DNA from: a bacterium | GTDB lineage: Bacteria > SAR324 > NAC60-12 | Direction: 5' to 3' | Assembly (NCBI GenBank): GCA_965233585.1 | Contig: CBDDTI010000746.1 | Coordinates: 736,001 to 800,000, forward strand | Length of the DNA stretch: 64,000 bases | Shown: positions 7,749 through 16,259 of the stretch, one piece after another | Numbering within the stretch: the first letter of the stretch is position 1 | Layout of the letters: every line of letters begins with the position of its first letter | Notes under the pieces: generated by a model | The model's input: only the letters and a program-made list of their open reading frames with translations | The model's database searches: none | What the model was told of the DNA's origin: nothing | Made by a program: the position numbers and the translations under genes

Positions 7749-10079
7749 ATGCTAAACGAGAGAAAAACAGAGCAAATTGTCCGAACACATTTTGAGCAAT
7801 ACCTAGAAATTTTAGAAATAGAAGAACAGCAATCAGATGATAAAAAAATTGATAAATTACTGAAATCCGCTTCAAAGCAAGGATTAGGAAAAGGCTATCC
7901 TGACTTTATTATTAGCTATCCAAATCAATCTGATTTTTTGATTGTCATTGAATGTAAGGCTGACTTGAACAAACATGAAAGCGAAAGCCATCTTCAATAT
8001 GCAGATTATGCGGTTGATGGAGTTTTACTTTATGCCTCTTATCTTTCAAAAGAATTTGATGTTTTAGCGATTGCTGTGAGTGGAGAAAGTCAAGAGACGT
8101 TAAAAGTTTCACATTTCTTACATCTGAAAACAGAAAAGGATGCTACCAATATCTTTGGAGAACAGCTTTTAACTGCAAATGACTATTTGAACGGGTACCT
8201 CAAAAGTCCAGAAAAATTTAGACAAGATTATGATGCACTTTTAGAATTTGCCAAAGAACTGAACATAAAACTCCATACCTATAAAATTAGAGAGAGTGAT
8301 AGAGCATTGTTGATTAGTGCCATTTTAATTGCCTTAGAAAGTGATGCTTTTAAAAAATCATATGCTTCACATTCTACGCCATCAAGTTTAGCTAGTATTT
8401 TGCTTGAAACTGTACTGCATGAATTGGCAGAAGCAGGAATGGATCATAAAAACTTGGAAAATTTGAAAATTCAATTCGGCTTTATTAAAACAGACACTTC
8501 TCTTTCCAAAGAAAGAAAAATATTAAAAGAATTAATTGATGAGATAGATCAAAACATCAATCAGTTCATTAAGACTCATGAATATTTTGATGTACTAGGA
8601 CAGCTGTACATAGAGTTTTTGCAATATGCTAATAGTGATAAAGGGCTAGGAATCGTTTTAACTCCTCCACATATCACAGAATTATTTGCAGATTTAGCCC
8701 AAGTCAACAAAAATTCCATAGTCTATGATAATTGCACGGGAACGGGGGGATTTTTAATATCAGCAATGAAAAAAATGATATTAGATGCGAAAGGTGATGA
8801 GGCAAAAATAAAACAAATCAAATCAAAACAATTATTAGGAACAGAATATCAAGCTCACATCTTTGCTTTGTCAGTTTCCAATATGTACATTCATCAAGAT
8901 GGGAAAACAAATATCACTAATGGAAGTTGTTTTGAAGCAGAAACAATAGATCATGCTAAAAAACAACAACCTACGATTGGTTTCTTAAACCCCCCTTACA
9001 AAGCAGATAAAAAAGCAGATGTTGATGAGTTAAACTTTATTTTCAATAACTTAGAATGTTTATGTGAAGGAGGAACTTGTATAGCTATTGTTCCTATGCA
9101 ATGTGCTTTAGCTCAAAAAGGAAAAATCTTTGAATTGAAAAAGAAACTTTTAGAGCAACATACTTTAGAAGCTGTGTTGTCTATGCCTGATGAATTATTT
9201 TTTAATTCAAAAGTCAATGTGGTTTCTTGCATCATGATTTTTACAGCACACAAGCCACATTCTCAACATAAAAAAACTTACTTTGGCTATTACAAAAATG
9301 ATGGTTTTGTCAAAAGAAAAACCAAAGGAAGAATTGACGTACTAGGAAACTGGCAAAGCATTCAAAAAAAATGGGTCAAGCACTTCATAAATCGTGAAAC
9401 AGAGGAAGGTTTGAGTGTCAATCAAATAGTTTCTAATCAAGACGAATGGTGTGCCGAAGCGTACATGCAAACTGATTATTCTCATTTAAATCCCCAAAAC
9501 TTTGAAGATACTATTTTAAAATACGTCACTTTTTTATTGGGGAATAGACTACTAGGTCAAGTGCATAAAAAACCACTCTTAGAAAACAAGATGCTATTAA
9601 ATCCAGAGGAATGGTTAATGTTTAAACTTGATACTCTTTTTGAAACAAAAGGAAGTCAAACTACATCGCTATTAGAACTAGAAGAATATGGAAAAGGAAA
9701 ATATCCTTACGTCACAACACAAGCCACTGATAATGGAACAGCAGGATTTTATGATTTTTTTTCAGAAGATGGAAATGTTTTAACAGTAGATAGCGCAGTT
9801 TTAGGATATTGTGCTTATCAAAAATTTGCATTTTCTGCAAGTGATCATGTGGAAAAACTCATACCCAAATTTGAGATGAATGAATATACTGCTATGTTTT
9901 TAGTCACTATTTTGAATTTGGAACAATATCGTTACAATTACGGCAGAAAATGCAGTCAAGCTAGAATGAAGAAGATGAGTATCAAGTTACCCGCAAAGGA
10001 CGGGAAAGCTGATTTTAGTTTTATGGAATCTTATGTCAAAACACTTCCATTTTCTTCATCTGTTCTCATAACAAACTGA
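7749..10079 (+). CDS. Fused restriction-modification enzyme (BcgI alpha-like nuclease plus N6-adenine MTase, with C-terminal TRD; Type IIG/IIB-like)
   Basis: N-terminal GYPDF...IECK PD-(D/E)XK motif, motif I DNCTGTGGFL, motif IV NPPY, HsdS-like C-terminus (YPYVT...NGTAGF). Confidence 0.85.
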   Translation: MLNERKTEQIVRTHFEQYLEILEIEEQQSDDKKIDKLLKSASKQGLGKGYPDFIISYPNQSDFLIVIECKADLNKHESESHLQYADYAVDGVLLYASYLSKEFDVLAIAVSGESQETLKVSHFLHLKTEKDATNIFGEQLLTANDYLNGYLKSPEKFRQDYDALLEFAKELNIKLHTYKIRESDRALLISAILIALESDAFKKSYASHSTPSSLASILLETVLHELAEAGMDHKNLENLKIQFGFIKTDTSLSKERKILKELIDEIDQNINQFIKTHEYFDVLGQLYIEFLQYANSDKGLGIVLTPPHITELFADLAQVNKNSIVYDNCTGTGGFLISAMKKMILDAKGDEAKIKQIKSKQLLGTEYQAHIFALSVSNMYIHQDGKTNITNGSCFEAETIDHAKKQQPTIGFLNPPYKADKKADVDELNFIFNNLECLCEGGTCIAIVPMQCALAQKGKIFELKKKLLEQHTLEAVLSMPDELFFNSKVNVVSCIMIFTAHKPHSQHKKTYFGYYKNDGFVKRKTKGRIDVLGNWQSIQKKWVKHFINRETEEGLSVNQIVSNQDEWCAEAYMQTDYSHLNPQNFEDTILKYVTFLLGNRLLGQVHKKPLLENKMLLNPEEWLMFKLDTLFETKGSQTTSLLELEEYGKGKYPYVTTQATDNGTAGFYDFFSEDGNVLTVDSAVLGYCAYQKFAFSASDHVEKLIPKFEMNEYTAMFLVTILNLEQYRYNYGRKCSQARMKKMSIKLPAKDGKADFSFMESYVKTLPFSSSVLITN

Positions 10080-10128
10080 ATCAATTCATTTTATTAAAGG
10101 CTCAATTTTAAATTATTTGTAGGAAAAA

Positions 10129-11208
10129 ATGACGACTCAAAAACTATTTGTTTTAATCATTTTGACATTGACTTCCTTGTCTTCATGGGTCAATGCAGAG
10201 GGATGGGAAAATCCTGCTGAAAAATATATAAATGCCTACAAAAAATATCTCAATGCAACTTGTCCAATTCCCAAAAATGACATCAAGCATTTTGTTTATT
10301 TTGCAAGGGATAGGGAATTGATAAAAAATCACCTTTTGCTTTCTCATTCAAGATTTAAAGGAGCGCAAATTATGTATCCTTGGAAGCATTTAGAACCCAA
10401 AAAAGATGAATACGATTTTTCAACTATAAAAGAAGATTTAGAATATCTGAAAAAGTACAATAAAAAACTTTTTGTCGTGCTACAAGATGCTACATTCAGT
10501 CCAAAATGGAACGTCACTCCTCATTATTTAAGAACAGAGGAATATGATGGAGGTGCGATTTTACAACGTGAGGACAACGGCAGAGCTTTTGGTTGGGTGG
10601 CTAAACGATGGAACAAAAAAGTACAAGACAGATTTGCCTTGCTTCTCATCAATTTAGGAAAAGAATTTGACGGAAAAATAGAAGGAATCAATCTTCAAGA
10701 AACAGCCATTGGAGTCAACCAAAAAAGAGACCCTACCTTTACCGAATTGGGTTATATTCAAGGGTTAAAAAACAACATGTTAGCACTTAGAAAAGCATTT
10801 CCAACATCAACCACAATGATTTATGCTAACTTTACCCCCGGTGAATGGCTTCCATGGGAAGACAAAGGGTATCTTAAAGGAATTTATCAATACGGACAAG
10901 AAATTGGAGTCGGGCTTGGTGGACCAGATTTGATGGTGACTAGAAAAGGACAGCTCAATCATACACTGGCACAAATGCACGAGGGACAATTTACAGTCCC
11001 TCTTGGAATCGCGGTTCAAGATGGGAACTATGTTGGTAAAACAGGGGCAGATGCAGATTATAGTAAAAGTCACAAGAAAGGAGCGATTCAAAGAAACAAT
11101 ATTGTTCCGATGTTGCATGCTTTCGCAAAAGATTTTTTAAAAGTGAACTATATGTTCTGGGTGGATCAAAAACCATACTTTGAAAAAGACGTTGTCCCTT
11201 GTTTTTAA
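10129..11208 (+). CDS. Secreted hypothetical protein with GH-A clan (GH42/GH5)-like N-terminal pattern
   Basis: Signal peptide; YPWKHLEPKKDEYDFS resembles the W-x-x-LEP-x-x-G-x-YDF motif; candidate acid/base in LQETA. Confidence 0.55.
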   Translation: MTTQKLFVLIILTLTSLSSWVNAEGWENPAEKYINAYKKYLNATCPIPKNDIKHFVYFARDRELIKNHLLLSHSRFKGAQIMYPWKHLEPKKDEYDFSTIKEDLEYLKKYNKKLFVVLQDATFSPKWNVTPHYLRTEEYDGGAILQREDNGRAFGWVAKRWNKKVQDRFALLLINLGKEFDGKIEGINLQETAIGVNQKRDPTFTELGYIQGLKNNMLALRKAFPTSTTMIYANFTPGEWLPWEDKGYLKGIYQYGQEIGVGLGGPDLMVTRKGQLNHTLAQMHEGQFTVPLGIAVQDGNYVGKTGADADYSKSHKKGAIQRNNIVPMLHAFAKDFLKVNYMFWVDQKPYFEKDVVPCF

Positions 11209-11287
11209 GATGAATCATTGGGGCATCAAATGACCCCCTTTCACTTATTCCAAATTTTATTTTCAATTCTTTTAATTTAGAGGAAAA

Positions 11288-12016
11288 ATGACTACTCAAA
11301 AACCTTTAATTGCCATCACAGGTGCAAGTTCTGGGATTGGAGAAGCCACTGCCAAAGCCTTTTCAAAAGCAGGGCATCCTGTCTTACTCATGGCGAGACG
11401 TTTGGAACGTTTGCAAGCATTCAATTTGCCTCATGCTGTGTGCCATCAAGTAGATGTCAGAGACAGGCAAGCGATTCAAGAGGCAGTCCAAGATGCTGAA
11501 AATCAATATGGACCAGTGGACATGATGTTTGCAAATGCGGGCATTGCAAGGCTTGCAGACATTGGCAGGCAACCACCTGAGGAATGGGACGAGATGATTG
11601 ACATCAACACAAAAGGTGTTATGAATACTGTCCATGCCGTGCTGAATGGAATGATGCAACGCAAGTGTGGAACATTAGTGATGATGAGTTCCATTGCAGG
11701 ACGTAAAGTTTACCCCGAACATACCGTTTACTGCGGCACAAAGTTTTTTGTCCATGCTGTCTCTGAATCATTGAGAGAATACCTTTCTGATTACAATGTG
11801 AGAGTCTTAGTTATTTCACCCGGTGTCATTGAAACAGAAATTCTATCTGGCGTCAAAGACGAACAAACTCTAGCCAATTACAAAGCCAATAAAGTGAAAA
11901 TGGGAGGAGGCATTGAGTCTGGCATCGTTGCAGACTTAATTCTTAATGCCTATCAACTGCCCCAAAAAGCACTTGTTCAAGAAATTTGCATGACTCCAAC
12001 TTCTCAAAAATTTTAA
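11288..12016 (+). CDS. SDR oxidoreductase (NADP-dependent, YdfG-like)
   Basis: TGASSGIG, ARR, NAG and YCGTK motifs. Confidence 0.9.
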   Translation: MTTQKPLIAITGASSGIGEATAKAFSKAGHPVLLMARRLERLQAFNLPHAVCHQVDVRDRQAIQEAVQDAENQYGPVDMMFANAGIARLADIGRQPPEEWDEMIDINTKGVMNTVHAVLNGMMQRKCGTLVMMSSIAGRKVYPEHTVYCGTKFFVHAVSESLREYLSDYNVRVLVISPGVIETEILSGVKDEQTLANYKANKVKMGGGIESGIVADLILNAYQLPQKALVQEICMTPTSQKF

Positions 12017-12025
12017 AATCAAACT

Positions 12026-13093
12026 ATGGCAACAGTTACTCTGAAGAAAGTCAAGAAAAACTATGGTCACGTTGAGGTCATGGACAACATCAATTTGTCT
12101 ATTGAAGACCAAGAATTTGTCGTGTTGTTGGGGTCATCAGGCTGTGGCAAGACCACGTTGCTTCGTATGATTGCAGGTTTGGAAACGATTACAGGGGGTG
12201 AGATTTTTATTGATGACCTGTGTATCAATCAAATCCACCCACGCGACAGAGATATTGCTATGGTCTTTCAAAACTACGCCTTGTATCCCACCATGAAGGT
12301 TTTTGACAACATCGGATTTAGTTTACAAGTTGCCAAACTCCCCAAGCAGGAAATTGAGGCAAAAGTCAAGGAAGTTGCTGAAATCTTACACATCTCAGAC
12401 TATTTAGAACGTTATCCCAAAGAACTTTCTGGTGGTCAAAGACAACGTGTTGCGATGGGACGTGCGATGGTTCGTGATGCAAAAGTATTTTTATTTGACG
12501 AACCCCTTTCTAACTTAGATGCCAAATTGCGTATGCGTATGCGTGTTGAGATTCGGCAACTCCATGAACGCCTGAAAGCAACGACCATTTACGTGACACA
12601 TGATCAAGTAGAAGCGATGACGATGGCAGATAAAATTGTGTTGATGCGTGGGGGTGAAATCATTCAAATTGGAACCCCTGATGACTTTTATGATAGCCCT
12701 AATTGTGTGTATGTAGCTGATTTTATTGGCACACCTCCTATGAATTTTGTGGAAGGAGTGATACAAAAATCCAATGAAAATTATATTTTTGCAGCCAAAG
12801 GAGTCAATATTCCTTTAGGAGTGGAAGTCCATGAAGATTTAACAAACCGACCTTTGATCTGTGGCATTCGTCCTTCTGACCTTAAAATCAGCGAACAAGG
12901 CAATATTCGTGGACAAGTGAAGTTGAAAGAAATGACAGGTTCAGAGATTCAAATTTATTTTGACATTGAGGGGCAAGACTTGATCGCCACTGCACCAAGA
13001 AAAACAGAACTCAACCAACAAGCAATCCATTTTGAAGTAGATCCCAAAAAATTACACTTTTTTGATAAACAAACAGAACAACGATTAAATTGA
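12026..13093 (+). CDS. Sugar ABC transporter ATP-binding protein (MalK/UgpC family)
   Basis: Walker A GSSGCGKT, VFQNYALYP, LSGGQRQRVA, DEPLSNLD, YVTHDQ. Confidence 0.95.
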   Translation: MATVTLKKVKKNYGHVEVMDNINLSIEDQEFVVLLGSSGCGKTTLLRMIAGLETITGGEIFIDDLCINQIHPRDRDIAMVFQNYALYPTMKVFDNIGFSLQVAKLPKQEIEAKVKEVAEILHISDYLERYPKELSGGQRQRVAMGRAMVRDAKVFLFDEPLSNLDAKLRMRMRVEIRQLHERLKATTIYVTHDQVEAMTMADKIVLMRGGEIIQIGTPDDFYDSPNCVYVADFIGTPPMNFVEGVIQKSNENYIFAAKGVNIPLGVEVHEDLTNRPLICGIRPSDLKISEQGNIRGQVKLKEMTGSEIQIYFDIEGQDLIATAPRKTELNQQAIHFEVDPKKLHFFDKQTEQRLN

Positions 13094-13148
13094 ACTGAAC
13101 TGAATCGTTCAGTTTTTGACAAAAATCAAACTTTGTCTTAAAACATCT

Positions 13149-13244
13149 ATGACATTAGCAGAATTTGAGAAGGCATTTTTAGAGTTGAAAAATAAGGGAT
13201 TTGTTCAAGCTAAAAAAAATCAATTTTTCTACAAAAGAATGTAA
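13149..13244 (+). pseudogene. Possible N-terminal relic of an MvaI/BcnI-family restriction endonuclease
   Basis: Translates to MTLAEFEKAFLELKNKGFVQAKK then degenerates; resembles the family's N-terminal helix (recognised from memory, not searched). Confidence 0.35.
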
Positions 13245-13313
13245 AATTTATCTTTAAAAGTATATTTTTTAGGTCAAATCACACTCTTGACGATTCATTT
13301 AATAAAACAAGCT

Positions 13314-14636
13314 ATGACAACAAAAAACTGGACAGAATTGATTGACGACATTTATCAAGGCAAGTGGGTCAATCCTGTGACCCAAGAAGTCGCCCCACCT
13401 GCACCTTATGAGAAAATTGTGATTGAAGAAAGCCTTGCAGGTTTAGAGTTACAACTGGTTGCAGACTTAGGATTGCATGCTCCCTACTTGATTGTTGCAG
13501 ATTCACAAACGTGGCAGGCTATGGGGAAACGTCTCAGTGACGCACTCAAACAAGCAGGAGATGTGGAACATTTAATTTTAGAAAAACCTCATGCAGACTT
13601 AGCAACGGTGGAAAAACTCCGTCCATCATTCAAAAAATTTGCATCAATTATCGCAGTGGGTTCTGGAACAATCAATGACTTGTGCAAGCATGCAAGCATG
13701 CTCAATCAGCAGAGTTATTGTGTTTTTGCAACTGCTGGGTCTATGAACGGTTACACTTCAACAACAGCTTCCATGACCCTAGATTCAGGACTCAAGGTGT
13801 CTTTGCCCTCTCATGCTCCTTTGGGGTTTTTCGTGGATTTATCCGTCAGTGCCAATGCTCCAAGTTTTTTGTCAGCCGCCGGTTTTGGAGACTGCCTTTG
13901 TCGTTCTGTGGCTCAGGTAGATTGGTGGATGTCGCATCGCTTGCTTGATACAACCTATTACGAAGAACCTTTTTTGATGCAAATTGATGATGAAAAAATT
14001 CTGAATGCAAAAGCAAAATTGTTGCCCAACAATGACGTGGAAGCTGTCGCTTATCTGTACAGAGTTCTCACTTTATGCGGACTTGGTGTTTCTCTCACAG
14101 GCACTTCTCATCATGGCTCTATGGGAGAACATCAAATTTCTCATTACATTGATTGCTTTGCAAAAGACAAGCACCCGGGTTCTTTGCATGGACAACAAGT
14201 AGGAGTTGCCAGCTTGACGATGGCACGCATTCAACAACATTTCTTATCCAGTGAAAAACCTCCTGTTGTGAAGCCAACAAAGCTCAACTTTGATGACATG
14301 GCAAAAAGAATGGGCAATGACATTGCAAAACAATGCTATGCAGAATATCAGAAAAAAGCACTTGATGAGCAAAAGGCAGATGCTCTGAACAAGAAAATGC
14401 AAGACATTTGGAAGGATTTGCGTAAGGAATGCTTGGAGTTTTCTATCCCCATTGAAGAGATGGAGGATTTACTCCGTTCTACAAAAGGTCCTACCACAGC
14501 AAAAGAATTAAAATTGGACATTGATTTTTACCGTGAGGCAGTTCGTCATGCACACGAGATGAGGAACCGTTTTTCTTTTGCAGACCTTGCTTGTGACGCT
14601 GGGTTGCTTGACGACTTTGCCTCTGCTGAATCATAA
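13314..14636 (+). CDS. sn-glycerol-1-phosphate dehydrogenase family (AraM/EgsA-like) metal-dependent dehydrogenase
   Basis: AVGSGTINDLCK, TAGSMNGYTS, AGFGD, GEHQISH and HGQQVG motifs. Confidence 0.85.
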   Translation: MTTKNWTELIDDIYQGKWVNPVTQEVAPPAPYEKIVIEESLAGLELQLVADLGLHAPYLIVADSQTWQAMGKRLSDALKQAGDVEHLILEKPHADLATVEKLRPSFKKFASIIAVGSGTINDLCKHASMLNQQSYCVFATAGSMNGYTSTTASMTLDSGLKVSLPSHAPLGFFVDLSVSANAPSFLSAAGFGDCLCRSVAQVDWWMSHRLLDTTYYEEPFLMQIDDEKILNAKAKLLPNNDVEAVAYLYRVLTLCGLGVSLTGTSHHGSMGEHQISHYIDCFAKDKHPGSLHGQQVGVASLTMARIQQHFLSSEKPPVVKPTKLNFDDMAKRMGNDIAKQCYAEYQKKALDEQKADALNKKMQDIWKDLRKECLEFSIPIEEMEDLLRSTKGPTTAKELKLDIDFYREAVRHAHEMRNRFSFADLACDAGLLDDFASAES

Positions 14637-14648
14637 AGTTTGAGAAAT

Positions 14649-15443
14649 ATGCAATCTATTCAGAACATGCCAAATTCTGTTGTCAAAAACATTTGTTGTG
14701 TGATGACAGACATTGATGACACTTTAACAACTGATGGTCTTTTGCCAGCAGAAGCCTATCAAGGACTAGAAGATTTGCATCAAGCTGGTTTTTGGGTTGT
14801 CCCCATCACAGGACGCCCTGCGGGGTGGTGCGATATGGTTGCCAGATTCTGGCCCGTGTGTGGTGTTGTTGGTGAAAACGGGGCATTTTATTTTGCATAC
14901 GACCACCATCAACGCAAAATGCTCAGACGTTATCATCATTCTGACAAAGAAAGACAAGCCAACGCTCAAAAATTAAAAGAGATTGAAAACCAAATTTTAG
15001 CACAAGTCAAGGGTTGTGCGGTTTCTGCTGACCAAGCCTATCGTGAGTCAGATTTAGCGATTGATTTTTGCGAAGATGTTCCCCCGCTTAATAAACAAGA
15101 TGTACAAAGAATTAAACAGATTTTTGAAGAAAATGGAGCAGTTGCTAAGGTTTCATCAATCCACGTCAACGGCTGGTTTGGAGATTATGACAAGCTAACT
15201 ATGAGCCATCAATTCGCTAAGGAACGTCTGAATCTGGACTTGCATCAATTTAAAGAAAAAATTGTATTTTGCGGAGATAGTCCAAATGATGCACCCATGT
15301 TTGAATTTTTTCCAAATTCTTGTGGAGTTGCCAATGTGCTGGATTTTCAAGACCAAATTCAAACTATGCCAACTTGGGTCACGAAGCAAAAGGGAGGACA
15401 AGGATTTTTTGAGATGACACGGGTTCTCATTGGCAGAAAATAA
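14649..15443 (+). CDS. HAD-IIB family hydrolase (sugar-phosphate phosphatase-like)
   Basis: DIDDT motif I, ITGR, GDSPND motif IV. Confidence 0.88.
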   Translation: MQSIQNMPNSVVKNICCVMTDIDDTLTTDGLLPAEAYQGLEDLHQAGFWVVPITGRPAGWCDMVARFWPVCGVVGENGAFYFAYDHHQRKMLRRYHHSDKERQANAQKLKEIENQILAQVKGCAVSADQAYRESDLAIDFCEDVPPLNKQDVQRIKQIFEENGAVAKVSSIHVNGWFGDYDKLTMSHQFAKERLNLDLHQFKEKIVFCGDSPNDAPMFEFFPNSCGVANVLDFQDQIQTMPTWVTKQKGGQGFFEMTRVLIGRK

Positions 15444-15555
15444 TGTCTTGAGTCAGTCATCATCTTGAGCAAATAGTCATTCAAAGAACGAACGACGTAG
15501 AAAGCTCAATAAATTATGTGATGATGATTGATTTGTTTAATGATTTACTGAATCA

Positions 15556-15741
15556 ATGGAAATCTTGAATATTGCAAATATAAGTGAAATACCTATTGAA
15601 TGGAACAAAGAAAAAAATGAGATATTAAAGAAAAAAAGAGGTATAACTTTTGAAAAAATTAAAAGAATTATTAAAAATAAAGAATATATTGCTATTGTTA
15701 ATAATGAAAGATATAAAAATCAAAACAATTTATGCAAGTAG
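15556..15741 (+). pseudogene. Truncated BrnT-like toxin
   Basis: IEWNKEKNEILKKKRGITFE is the BrnT N-terminal signature; the ORF stops at 61 aa without the C-terminal half; AT-rich. Confidence 0.6.
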
Positions 15742-15778
15742 GAAATTAAATAAAATTTATAACTTAAAATAGGTCATT

Positions 15779-16096
15779 ATGAGTATAGAACAACATGAAA
15801 AATATTTGAGGGGTGAAATTGATGAATACCCGTATATTGATGAGGAAGAAAGAGAATTGATTGAGGGTATTGAAAATGATATTGAAAATGGAAACTATAC
15901 CATTATGCCTAAAGAAGAAATGGAATTACTTATGGATAAAGTAAGAAAAGGTATATTAGAAGAAGAAAGGCAATATAAGATGAAAGTCAAGGATTTTGAG
16001 GTTTTAAAAGAAGATTTAGAACACAAGGGAGCAAATGAAGAGGTTATAAAGGCTTTGGAAGATTTTATGAGTGATAAAATGGTAGTAAATGCTTAA
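15779..16096 (+). CDS. Probable antitoxin-like protein (partner of BrnT-like toxin), AT-rich
   Basis: Acidic DEEERELIEGIEN segment; lies directly downstream of the BrnT-like fragment. Confidence 0.45.
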   Translation: MSIEQHEKYLRGEIDEYPYIDEEERELIEGIENDIENGNYTIMPKEEMELLMDKVRKGILEEERQYKMKVKDFEVLKEDLEHKGANEEVIKALEDFMSDKMVVNA

Positions 16097-16225
16097 ATAC
16101 AACAAGCCAAGCAAATCCAAATAAAAAACGTGCTTTCAAAATTAGGCTATGCACCAGCAAGAGAAAGGGGAAGCATGCTTTTTTAGTTTTCATTGTTCCA
16201 TGATGAAAAAACGCCATCGTTTAAA
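16097..16225 (+). pseudogene. Relic of a CHC2 zinc-finger/DNA primase N-terminus (conjugative-element type)
   Basis: Frame reads IQQAKQIQIKNVLSKLGYAPARERGSMLF*FSLFHDEKTPSFK; DEKTPSF is the CHC2 primase motif; in-frame TAG at 16184-16186. Confidence 0.6.
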
Positions 16226-16259
16226 CAAAATACAGAGATAAACCACTTAAAGAAAAGTT

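Noticed and set aside
15756..15763. Third archaeal TATA box before ORF 15779
   Set aside because: Only 16 nt from the ATG, and an AGGT SD-like word is present.
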